NCBI RefSeq assembly: GCF_964204645.1
Contig: NC_134034.1
Location: 14,066,010-14,130,009 of the forward strand
Source of the DNA: Tubulanus polymorphus
Lineage: Eukaryota; Animalia; Nemertea
Reading direction: 5' to 3'
Length of the DNA stretch: 64,000 nt
The notes beneath the pieces are model-generated. The model ran no database searches, was not told the DNA's origin, and saw nothing but the letters and a program-made list of their open reading frames with translations. Every line of letters starts with the position of its first letter. Positions within the stretch are counted from its first letter, which is position 1. Of this stretch, positions 12,913 to 24,253 are shown in pieces. The position numbers and the translations under genes were made by a program.

Positions 12913-13610
12913 CTGAAACACAAGATAAACACATGAGAAATAGCATTTTTCATAGTAAAAATCTCGCGTGTGGTGGATTTAGGTTCCAATTTCCGGTTCT
13001 GACTAGCGCCATCAAGCGAGTAATTTCAGAACTTGAATTTGTCGATATCCTGTATTTCACCCGATAAGCCTTATCATATGTCCTTGTCATTACTCACTTC
13101 ATCGCCAAACAGATATTCCTTGAACTTCCTGATGACTGCAGTTAATTAGTAGAGCATCACCCTGAAATAAACATAGAAACCTGTCAGAGAAAGCACTCTA
13201 AAATCCAGGGTATCCGCGGGGTCAAATGCTCCATCTGTATTGATAGTAATAGTTTAGGCCTCGATCCACTCTTTATGTTATTGATACTTTTTACTGAATG
13301 ATAATGGTTTTACAGCACGCATCAGTGAATAGAGATTGCTGCTGCTCGTGGGGTTAAACCGGAGTGTTTTATGTCGCTCTCCATCTCGAATCACCTTCAT
13401 ACATCACAAGTATTCGATTCATAAGTAAATTTATTTACTGTATTTCAATGTTGAAATGGTTTGAAGACATTCTGTCGCTTCTGCGTTGAAAGAGAAGCTT
13501 CTAAATATTTCAAGTGAAAATTGCGATTGATTCGTCCGCCATCATTCTTAAATGGGACATACTCCACTTGGGAGGGCTAGTTCTGTAGACCGCGCAGATC
13601 GAGGTCGACT

Positions 13611-13797
13611 GTATGTATTTTTTATCTTTGTTGTAGATCGATTGAATTATGCCTTTAGTTATCCATGGGCTTCTTGGTGTGTTGTATTTGTTTTGTTTAG
13701 TAGTGAAATTGTAAATTTTATTGTTTGTTTTCTCTCAACCTGTGTACATAGCCTATCATGCTTTCTGTGAAATAAATTTGAACTTGAACTTGAACTT
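13611..13797 (+). mobile_element. 5'-truncated non-LTR retrotransposon 3' end
   Basis: Absent from all paralogs (gaggtcgact^aggact). Ends AATAAA then (GAACTT)3. TSD GACT. Confidence 0.75.
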
Positions 13798-15497
13798 GAC
13801 TAGGACTAAGGCTTTGCGCTCCGAGCACTTACTAAAGAGTTCACGGTTCTAGCCGCGGATGGCTTTAGATACCGCTCCGGATTACTAGGGGTAATGAATT
13901 CCACGGAATTAGCAATACGTAGCAATTCTAAAGAACTTCCGAGCTATTGTTCGAATAAAACATTCTAAAATTATTCCCAATTAATGAAACAATCAAATAA
14001 TCTTATAAGTTGAATTGGTGACTCACAACACGTATTTAACCTAATAGTTTTTTCAGCGGGGCACGGCTGAGAGTATCGACAAGTTTTGTATTTCTGTAAC
14101 AAATATCTGTGAAATTTTTTGCTCAAATATATTCATTCTGTTACTATATCGATGAAAATAAGTGTAGTTATTCATTTCAGTTTGAAATTCGGCTCTGTTT
14201 TGAGGAATTACTATTTTTCGAGACATCGAATCCATCACCTTGCCATCACCATGACAACGCACCAGTCAAAACAAACAACAATCATTCAGAAATGAAGCCC
14301 TGTAGATTCTTAAATTTCGTTTCAAGTTTCTTTATTTTGATTGAGTAGATTCTGGATGATGCAAAGTTAACTAGACACTGGTTTTATCAAAATCATCTCT
14401 GGAAGACAGTGCCAATCCTGTAATAGTAACTCAGATATTGTGTTCCACTGCATTCAGATAAAAAAAAAGCTCAGACTCAACTTGAGAACTATTTTGTGTT
14501 TATCTAAAATGAATTTCACATTTATTTGACAATCAAGATATAAATTTCTAAATTTCCAATAGATGGCGTCTGTGATATACAGTTTAATCCAATACGAATA
14601 CATATTCCTATTAATCCAATAATTTGGTGGTTCAGCAGAAATCCAATAGGTGGCGATCATGTCGTAGTAACTATTCATCAGTATATATCAGACACCCTGG
14701 TTTATCCTCTGATCAGAATCACTGGGTTTGAACTTGGGACATTTCTTACAAATCCTCTAAACAGCATGAAACATCAGTCATTTAGAATCAATAATTCATT
14801 CACTTGACGCGCAGTCAATTTCAGGTGTAGACGTGTCGCAGGATCCTCCTCCATTAGACTGAAAATAAATCAAACAACATTCATTATAACATCATTAGAG
14901 CAATTCACAAAAATCATATCAAATATTCGATATAAATAAGAGTAACTAAACAAACCTGATCTAAACATCACCTTCTTTTGAGTAGAATAAACAAAACTCT
15001 AGCGTTACGCCTACATCTGAAATAATACAAAACACTGAAAATCATTATTTCTTCATCAGATAAAAAATGAAAACAGATTCAACAAGATTCAAAATGTTTT
15101 TAGTGCCAAGAATTTTCAGTGTTACAATCTTTTTTTCATACAAGACTTAACGGTAAATTGGTTCAGACTTAGAGCAGGGAACACTATATGAATTTATGCC
15201 CACACCGTCTGAAATTACAGATTTCACATTGAAATTTTCAGCATGTTCGTTGCTCAGCAGCAGGTGAATCGCACCATTCAAACATGTTTGATATTTCCAC
15301 AGTAAATTTCATCGCAGCAAAATTTTTGTTTAGTCCCAAACACAGTAAATTGAGCCGCAATCTTTGACAAGCTTTCAAATCATGATGGCATCAATGATTT
15401 GAGAACGGCGCTGAAAACCTGCTTGGATTTTGGTTAACTCGGTTTTAAAACACCACTGAAACTATTTAGTTTCTAGAGGTCTGTGATAAGGGCCTAA

Positions 15498-15922
15498 AGC
15501 TAGGGAAACACAAGCGTATTTTTTCGCCCGATTGCGACGATTAAATTCGCCGACGAAATTATACGCCCGATATGAGCGGGCACACAAAGCGATCAAACCG
15601 AAATTCGGTCAGCGACTGGCACTAAGAGGGAGAGAGTTAACGAATCACATGATATCAACAATGCATCCTATTGGCTGATAAAAATGGATCGCTCGGCGAA
15701 ATTCGCTGAGTGCGGGCAGACGAGCGAATTTGCGGGCGATCCGATCGCCGGCGTAAATAATCGGCCGAAAATATCAAACATGTTTGATACGGGCGATTCG
15801 CCGGGCGATCGAGTCGGCCGACGAAATCGTCGTCGCCATGAGTGGCCACACGAGCGAATTTTTCGGGTGATTTATAAATTCGCCGCGATCGGGCGAAAAA
15901 ATACGCTCGTGTGCCCCTACCT
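15498..15922. mobile_element. PIF/Harbinger-type MITE, 425 bp
   Basis: TIRs AGCTAGGGAAACACAAGCGTATTTTTTCGCCCGAT / ATCGGGCGAAAAAATACGCTCGTGTGCCCCTACCT. TSD TAA. Paralogs show the empty site gggccTAAgatatatc. Confidence 0.9.
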
Positions 15923-16120
15923 TAAGATATATCTACCTGAATTGAGGGATCACTTGTTCACTTCATCGCCAAACAGTTATTCCGGCTTGAACTTCCTGCA
16001 TGACTGCAGTTATTCAGTTGAGCATCACCCTGAAATAAACCTAGAAACCTGTCAGAGAAATCACTCTAAAATCCAGGGTATCCGCGGGGTCAAATGCTAC
16101 ATCTGTATTGATAGTAATCA

Positions 16121-16221
16121 CAGGGACTTGACACAAAACGATTTCAACCCCAGTATCCTAGGTACTATATATAAAAAGACTGAGGATACTGGGGTCAAAA
16201 TCCTTTTGTGTCAAGTCCCTG
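16121..16221. mobile_element. 101-bp palindromic MITE-like insertion (paralog 39349-39429 has the spacer inverted)
   Basis: ~39-bp arms CAGGGACTTGACACAAAA..CCCCAGTATCCT, flanked by a ~29-bp direct duplication tcaaatgctccatctgtattgatagtaat. Confidence 0.75.
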
Positions 16222-19200
16222 CTCAAATGCTCCATCTGCATTGATAATAATAGTTTATATTAGGCCTCGATCCACACTTGATATTATTCATACATTTTAC
16301 TATTTGTATCTTGAATGTCGGCCGACAGTTTTACACGCATCAGCTTGACATGGCGGTTAAACCCGAGTGTCTTATGTCCAACACACAGGAGCTTATCACA
16401 ATTTGATGAAGGATGGACCACACCAGTATCCTTATATAGATAGGGATACTGGCAACTGGTGTCATCCAATCCATCCTCCCTCCGTCAAATTGTGACAAGC
16501 ACTTGTGGTCAGACACCTTTCCTTCTCGAATCACCTTCAACCGTACAAAAAAAGTATTCGATTCATAAGTAAATTTACCTACTGTATTTCAATGTTGAAA
16601 TGGTTTGAAGACATTCTGTCGCTTCTTCGTTGAAAGAGAAGCTTCTAAATATTTGAAGTGAAAATTGCAATTGATTCGTCCGCCATCATTCTTAAATGGG
16701 ACATACTCCACTTGGGAGGGCTAGTTCTGCAGTCCGCGCAGATCGAGGTCGACTAGGACTCAGGGGTATTAGCGCTCCGGGCACCAACTAAAGAGTTCAC
16801 GATAGTGCCCGCGGTAGACTTTAAATGCCGCTCCGAATTGATAGTTGCGGGAAATAAAACCACGAAATTAGGAATTTGTTGCGATTTCCGTGCAATAGTT
16901 CACTGAAGAATTATGTGAAAAATATTCCCAATAAAATACCGGTATTTCAAACAAAGAAACTTAAAAACTTAAATCGGTGACTCACAATAGGTATTTCACT
17001 AGTTTATCAGCAGGGCGCGGCCGACAATATCGACTTAAGAATGAGATAAAATTTCGTTTTCAAAAAAGACCAATAGAAAATTCCATCAACTACAGCAATA
17101 AAAAGCCAACACTGTTTTTTAAGTAATGCATTTATGGTCTAAAAAGCTAAATGAATCAGTGATATTTTTATATGCGTTTGATACGTATTGGATAATCGGG
17201 TCAAATTTCCTACTTAAATCGGTGCAACTAACTGGTTTCAATCTGAACGGGATAAATACGTCCAGACACAAACAGCGTCCGATTGACTGGGTGTAAAGCG
17301 GGACTCGACACTTCCCGGTTGGAGTAAACATCTAACAGGTGGTGCTCCGGTAGATTTTGTGAAACAGCTGATGACATTTTCATGATCTTTAGACGAGTTT
17401 GATCGCCGTTATACCGTCGCTGAATGGCACCTATTGTGAAAACTGATTATGAGCGAAGACCAAGTGATGCAATGACATTCAGTTGAAGTCAAACGACGAG
17501 AAGGGCTCTGAGACTGATTTGGACTTTACGAGAGGAATAAACTATTTTTTAGAAGGTATCAAGATGGATCTGGCACAGAGCCAAAGCCGGCAAACTGACT
17601 ACTGAATTTTATTTCTGTGTTGTTGATAATCTCGCGAGACTAGCGCTAATATATGCTGTGTAAATCAAGGAAGAAAGACACTCTTAATATTTGGATGGAT
17701 ATATGAAAGCTGTGGGTACTGGAGTGTGTAATGGGTAGTGTAGTGTGATCTGAGTGCATTTGTGGCCAGCACACAGATCACATTGTTCATTGGGGTTTGG
17801 TCCAGGACTCGCGAGATTTTCAACAACACGGAAGTAACGTGTAATAAATGATGACTTGAATTGCATGACTACCTACCACCCCTCATTGTTGTTGGAAAAC
17901 TAAACGTTCGGCACTGACTAAAAATTAGTAATAACATTTTAGAAATGGCCAGAATTTTAACTTAGGTTCTATCTCATTTTTATTTTACAATTGCGATTGG
18001 TATAATTTTTTTTTAAACGGCCGTTAAGGCTTCATGTTTCGTCTGCAATTCACTGCAAATAGTTACGCAACTACGCACATTTCAGTGTTTTTGGCAGCTG
18101 TACACTCAATCGGCACCGTTCGTGACTAGCTTCACTGCGGAATTATCATTAATTAACATCGCCATATCACATCATCAACTTATATTGTGCCTTAAAACCC
18201 AACAGCCGAAATAATTGAAATGCACACATGATTTCTATCATTGAAAATTGAGAGAGTGGCCATGTTTGTGTTTATTGCTTCGCGTAAATCCCGCGCGGTG
18301 GCGCAACCGCGCGGAGTGGGGCCGATACGTCTAGTTTCGTTTTCGCGAGATTAGCAACAATCCGGAAATACCGGTAGTGCAACCTGATTTAGAAGGCCCG
18401 GCCCGGGGGCACAAGCTGCATTGATATTAATGAAAACAGGATACTTGACTGTTTTTAGAGTAAAAATACAGATATCTTTACTTAATCTATTCCTAGATTG
18501 ATTCTGAAGAAGAGGAGAACACAAATAACAGTTTTCATCATCAACATCATCATCCTCGTGCGGTCTGAAGTATCTAGAGGTCACCCAGACTCAACACCCT
18601 TTCATATCATTCGAGGTCAAGTTCTATATTTTTGTAAAAAATTTGTACGAAATATTTTGCTCAAATAAACTCATTTTGTAATCAAATCAACGAAAATAAG
18701 TGTAGTTATTCATATTTCAGGATGAAATTTGGCTCTGTTTTCAGGAATGACTATTTTTCCAGATATCGGATCCAGAATTTCACTTTGCCATCACCATGAC
18801 AACGCAGCAATCAAAACAAACAACAATCATTCAGAAATGAAGCCCAGTAGATTCTAAAATTTGGTTTCAAGTTTCTTTATTTTGGTTGAGTAGATTCTGA
18901 ATGATGCAAAGTTTACCAGAGACACTGGTTTTACCAAAATCATCTCTGGAAGACAGTGCCAATCCTGGAAGGGTTTTAACAGTCACTCAGATATTGTGTT
19001 CCACTGCATTCAGATCAAACCAACAGTTCAAACTCAATTTGAGAACTATTTTGTGTTTATCTAAAATAAATTCCACGTTTATTTTGACACTCAAGATATA
19101 AATTTCTAAATTTCCAATAGATGGCAGCTGTGATTCCAATAATTAGGTGGTTCAGCAGAAATCCAATAGGTGGCGTTCATGTAGTAACAATTCATCAGCA

Positions 19201-21233
19201 TATATCAGACACCCTGGTTTATCATCTGATCAGAATCACTGGGATCGAATTTTGGACATCCCTACAAATCCTCTAATAAGCATGAAACATCACAGTCATT
19301 TAGAATCAATAATTCATTCATTTGACTCGCACTCAATTTCAGGTGTAGACGTGTCGCAGGTTTCAGTTATTGAGGTCCTCCTCCATTAGACTGAAAATAA
19401 ATCAAACAACATTCATTATAACATCATTAGAGCAATTCACAAAAATCATAGTAAATATTCGATATAAATAAGAGTAACTAAACGAACCTGATCTAAACAT
19501 CATCTTCTTTTGAGTAGAATAAACAAAACTCTAGCGTTACGCCTACATCTGAAATAATACAAAACACTGAAAATCATTATTTCTTCATCAGATAAAAAAT
19601 GAAAACAGATTCAACTAGATTCAAAATGCTTTTAGTGCCAAGAATTTGTTACAATTTTTTTTTCATACAAGACTTAAAGGTAAATTGGTTCAGACTTAGA
19701 GCAGGGAACACTATATGAATTTATTCCCACACCGTCTGAAATTACAGATTTCACATTGAAATTTGCAGCGTGTTCGTTGCTCAGCAGCAGGTGAATCGCA
19801 CCATTCAAAAATGTTTGATATTTCCAAAGTAAATTTTTTCGCAGCAAATATTTTTGCAAAGTTCCAAACACGGTAAATTGAGCCGAAATCTTTGAAATAT
19901 GTTGGCATCAATGATTTGAGAACGGCGCTGAAAACCTACTTGGACTTTGGTTAACTCGGTTTTAAAACACCACTGAAACTGGTTTCTAGAGTGTGATTAG
20001 GGCCTAAGATATATCTACCTGAATTGAGGGATCACTTGTTCGCTTCATCGCCAAACAGTCATTACGGCTGGAACTTCCTGATGACTGCAGTTATTTAGTA
20101 GAGCATCACCCTGAAATAAACATAGAAACCTGTCAGAGAAAGCACTCTAAAATCCAGGGTATCCACCCCGGGGTCAAATTCTTTATCTGTCTTGATAGTA
20201 ATGGTTTATACTAGGCCTAGATCCACTCTTTATGTTATTGATACTTTTTACTGAATGATGGTTTTACAGCACGCATCAGTGAATAGGGATTGCTGCTGCT
20301 CGTGGGGTTAAACCGGAGTGTTTTATGTCGCTCTCCATCTCGAATCACCTTCATACATCACAAGTATTCGATTCATAAGTAAATTTACTTACTGTATTTC
20401 AATGTTGAAATGGTTTGAAGACATTCGGTCGCTTCTGCGTTGAAAGAGAAGCTTCTAAATATTTCTAGTGAGCATTGATTCGTCCGCCATCATTCTTAAA
20501 TGGGACATACTCCACTTGGGAGGGCTAGCTCTTCAGTCCGCGCAGATCGAGGTCGACTAGGACTTAGCGCTCCGGGCACCAACTAAAGAGCTCACGGTAG
20601 TGCCCGCGGTAGACTTTACATGCCGCTCCGAATTGATAGTTGCGGGAAATAATACCACGAAATTAGGAATTTGTTGCAATTTCCGTGCAATAGTTCACAG
20701 AAAAATTATGTGAAAAATATTCCCAATAAAATACCGGTATTTCAAACAAAGAAACTTAAAAACTTAAATCGGTGACTCACAATAGGTATTTCACCTAGTT
20801 TATCAGCGGGGCGCGGCCGACATCGACAAATTCTATATTTCTGTGATGAATATCTATGAAGTATTTTGCTCAAATAAACTCATTTCATTATCGTATCGAT
20901 GAAAATAAGTGTAGTTATTCATTTCAGTATGAAATTTGGCTCTGCTTTGAGGAATTACTATTTTTCCAGACATCGGATCCAGAATATCACCTTACCATCA
21001 CCATGACAACGCACCAGTCAAAACAAACAACAATCATTCAGAAATGAAGCCCTGTAGATTCTAAAATTTGGTTTCAAGTTTATTTATTTTGGTTGAGTAG
21101 ATTCTGAATGATGCAAAGTTTACTAGAGACACTGGTTTTATCAAAATCATCTCTGGAGTAAATATAGATAAATTTTGCTGTAAGTCGTGTGTGCGTTATT
21201 CAATCATTTTTCGAGAAACAACCTAGAATAGTC

Positions 21234-21718
21234 CTGGGTTCGAACTCGGGACACCCCTGTACATCATCTAATCAGCATCAGGACAACTTGGACCACCACT
21301 GTGTTCGAGCCCGGGACACCCCTGTACATCCTATATTCAGCATCGGGACCTCTCTGAATCAGTATCAGTAATTATTTTTAAGATATCAACATTTTACCGT
21401 ACGGTGCTGCCTCTATGCCCATCGGTAGCGGGATTTTCATACACTAACGTTAGTCAACTCTGGCAAGAAAGGGTAACTGGGTATAACTGGACAGCACGAC
21501 GATTGCGGAGTTGACTTCAGTTAGTGTATGGAAATCCCGCTAACGATGAGCATAGCGGCAGCACCGTACGGTCGGGACATCCTCTATCCAGCATCAGGGC
21601 AACTTGGACCACTACTGGGTTCGAACCCGTGACACCCCTGTACATCCTCTATTCAGTATCAAGACCACTCTGAACCAGTATCAGTAATTACTTGGTTCGA
21701 ACGCGGGACACCCCGTAC
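21234..21718 (+). repeat. Array of ~55-75-bp repeats each with a Pol III B box (also 33814-34398, 56388-56871)
   Basis: Repeated (G)GGTTCGAACCCGGGACACCCCTGTACATCCTCTATTCAGCATCAGGAC, 4-5 per array. No A box or cloverleaf recognised. Confidence 0.85.
21396..21572. mobile_element. Fold-back MITE, ~177 bp (also 34066-34243, 56553-56730)
   Basis: ~65-bp imperfect arms ACCGTACGGTGCTGCC.CTATGCTCATCG.TAGCGGGATTT.CATACACTAAC. Possible TA TSD. Confidence 0.8.
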
Positions 21719-22218
21719 CCATTATGATGCGATTAGACACGTGTTCGATGGTCGTCTTCATTTAGAAGATGAATTTAATTGTGAAACATGGTCATATCCA
21801 GGAATGTTGAAACCCGGCGATCAATGTCTAGAGCGATTTCAACCTAGAGCGATTTCACCCACCCCGAGTGCTACTTGATAAAAGTTCCTGTTTATCAAGT
21901 TTAATCGTAATCGGTCCATTGGGTCAAGAGATATAGATATTTATCCAAAGCGACACCTATGGAAAAGAGTGGAAATTGTTGCATACCAACCGTAAAATAG
22001 ATATTGTGGTTTTTATATATATTGAATAATGTCACCAACTCTTTTATTCATTTAGAAATAAACTACTGTATTGAGCGAAGTATCTTTTAAATAAAGTGGC
22101 CTCTAAGGATAAAGCAAATATATGTGTTCAAAATATATAAGTTAGTATAGAATCTATTGACCAAAAAACAACCCGAGTCAAACAGATGATCATCGTACTA
22201 CAAATACCTCGCTGGGCC

Positions 22219-22345
22219 AAAAATTAGCCCCAACCTGAGGCGCTAACCCTAACCCTAGATCGACGGTAACCCTAACCCTAGCAGGACTCGAACCTGCGAA
22301 CTCCAGCATGCCAGCCGAGCACGCTAACCACTAGACCGCTGAGTT
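22219..22345 (-). ncRNA. tRNA-like Pol III head fused to TTAGGG repeats and a T5 run (SINE-like)
   Basis: Minus strand AACTCAGCGGTCTAGTGGTTAGCG..GCAGGTTCGAGTCCTGC TAGGGTTAGGGTTACCGTCGATCTAGGGTTAGGGTTAG..GGGGCTAATTTTTGG. Confidence 0.6.
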
Positions 22346-22597
22346 CTAGTGGCTGATTAAGTTTGTCAATACGTGTGGTCAGTGTGGTACAAGGCCAACA
22401 CTAGGGTTTCTGCGTTTATCAAACAGGCCAACACTCGCGTCAGTGTTTGTTTCTTGGTAATTGCCTTTTTAGTGCCCTGGGGCCAGTTCCATGGGTGATG
22501 GCTTAGGAGGTGAATCTAAGCTTTTCTCATATCGGTATTTGTACATAACTCAATCGTGAACGTCTTTCTGTATTCCAAGACTGATTCTATTGGCTGA

Positions 22598-22776
22598 TAC
22601 AGTCAAACTAAATCGTTTAATCCGCATCGGCTTAATCCGAATTTTGGTCTAATCCGGATAATATTTACAGTCAATTTAATCATTCATATACACGAAAATG
22701 ACTTTTAAATCCGGATTTGCCGCAAAACGGATGAATTTTGTTGGTTCCAATGATCGGAATTAGGGAGATTCTATCA
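22598..22776. mobile_element. Degenerate Tc1/mariner(pogo)-like MITE (paralogs ~35428, ~46897, ~58045)
   Basis: Begins TA|CAGTCAAACT, has repeated TAATCCG motifs and inverted CGGA.TTA near the other end. Confidence 0.45.
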
Positions 22777-23117
22777 TACCATTTACTCTCCTTATATAAA
22801 GCTCTAATGTTGGTAGAGTTATTAATTTCTAACAAACTAGTGTTGAGTGATGAATGAAATTTGACTTAAGAAAATTCTGTATTCCTCACATGCCACAGTA
22901 AAATAGCAAGACTGCATCAAATTACAACCGTTCAGTGCTGCCCCTATGAATAACGATAGCGGAATTTCTGTGAACTAAAGTAGTAATCCACGGGCCTTTG
23001 ATCCAAGAGCGTGGTTTTCATTAGAATAAATTCTTTGAATATTGCGTAGAATATAAAAATCCAATATAATCGAAAAGAAGCCGAGACCTGCAATCGACTG
23101 GTTGCCATTTCTACTTG

Positions 23118-23195
23118 CGAATGCAGGTGGCGGTGACCAGTCTAGCGGCGGGAATCCCAATCTGAGGTACGCTATGACGCAATATCAAAATGGCG
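23118..23195 (+). promoter_or_regulatory. Promoter-like block of the unit B gene
   Basis: GGCGGGAA (E2F-like, 23147), TGACGCAA (ATF/CEBP-like, 23175) and CAAAATGGCG (YY1-like, 23186), ~90 bp before the first donor. Conserved in all three copies. Confidence 0.45.
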
Positions 23196-23596
23196 TGCTT
23201 TACCATAACACGAAATTAAGCAAAAACCTCACCTAAACATTGCCACCCTCCTTCCCGACCCCTGAAATCAGTATTTCAATATTTGGTAAGTGTTTGTAAC
23301 ATTGGTTTAAATGGCGAAAAATATTCCATCTCAGATATTGTGGTAAATCAAATTATTTCAGAGGTACATCCTACAAACGGTGCACTTGGACTGGGAGGCG
23401 CTCAGTCAAGCATAACGTCATTCCATCCTGATATATCTAGACCACGATGGGCTTCACCTCGCTGTTTTGTGATGAATTTGTTCTAAAATGATTCCATCGA
23501 CTGATTTAATCAAGCAGTGAAAACAGTGTAAGTTTATTTCATCTGTCGCTAAACCGATATTAATCACCACAGCAGTCCAAACGTGTCGGACACCAA

Positions 23597-23939
23597 CATC
23601 CTCCCATGGGAGGGATTCCAACCTGATGACATTGCTCGCTACACTCAGCCACGGTACGAACCCCTGCCACACTAGACCGGGTGCGCAGGTACATGCGCAG
23701 CTTTACCGCGCGAAATCTTGCAGCACCAAACAGATTGCTCGTTAATCGCTGAGGTAAATTTCTCGGAAGAACTATAAATGGGAAAACCCGGGCTAAAATA
23801 AAACTGAATTTCTGATTGGCTATTAATGACATCATCTAAGCTGCGCGTGTAGCTGCTGCGCACTCGGTCTAGTGTGGCAGGGTTTCCTATCGTGGCAATC
23901 TGGATGCCATCAGGTTTGAGTCCATGCCGCGGGAGGATG
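23597..23939. repeat. ~340-bp fold-back with ~105-bp arms (also 47923-48265, 59063-59405)
   Basis: GCCACGGTACGAACCCCTGCCACACTAGACCGGGTGCGCAG..GCGCAGCTT versus AAGCTGCGC..CTGCGCACTCGGTCTAGTGTGGCAGGGTTTC(G/C)TA(C/T)CGTGGC. Outer CATCCTCCC/GGGAGGATG. Confidence 0.9.
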
Positions 23940-24253
23940 GATGCCTCTACTTGCCTCCATTCGTCTGTGATATTGATGATGATGATCTTCATTGGTTTCA
24001 GAAACAGATAATATTTAAACTGTTCGTTTTTTCATTACCTTTTTGTTTATATTTCATGTTGAACTCTAGATGCAAAACCTAAACTGTGGATAGAAAAACC
24101 CCGTGAATAAATGAACTGCAGATTGGAGCGAACAATCTAATTTGTAAGTTTGAATTTTAGATTTGATATTTCTGCAGTTATTTCTAAGGAAAGAAAACAA
24201 TCTTAGATTTGTCTATTATAGGTATCACTTCAACATGTTCAAAGGGAATTTTG

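Larger units (their letters stand above)
1..21157. repeat. Unit A array: about 7 mosaic head-to-tail copies of a ~3-4 kb unit
   Basis: The landmark tcaatttcaggtgtagacgtgtcgcagg recurs at ~1948, 5261, 8574, 11060, 14815 and 19333. The exon-1 landmark actgtatttcaatgttgaaatgg recurs at ~3299, 6612, 9944, 13437, 16581 and 20391. Confidence 0.95.

Noticed and set aside
15684-16244. 186-aa ORF
   Set aside because: Runs from a MITE through repeat-unit DNA and a second hairpin insert; not open in paralogs.
17161-17598. TGA recoding (selenoprotein or TGA=Trp insert)
   Set aside because: The adjacent frame is open where TGAs cluster, one TGA is GGA in paralogs, and no SECIS was recognised. Frameshifted decay is simpler.
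21234-21718. CRISPR-like array
   Set aside because: Eukaryotic context, spacers are homologous to each other, no cas genes.
22243-22281. Telomerase RNA template (CTAACCCTAAC) or a chromosome end
   Set aside because: Two over-long templates per element, four copies, no pseudoknot or H/ACA recognised; too short and internal for a telomere.
22274-22345. Functional tRNA gene (also 2868-2930 and the T-arm-like piece at 25335-25366)
   Set aside because: D, anticodon and acceptor stems pair poorly; better explained as tRNA-derived.
23672-23992. 106-aa minus-strand ORF intact in three copies
   Set aside because: The copies are recent, the ORF lies across an inverted repeat, and no domain was recognised; retention is expected without selection.
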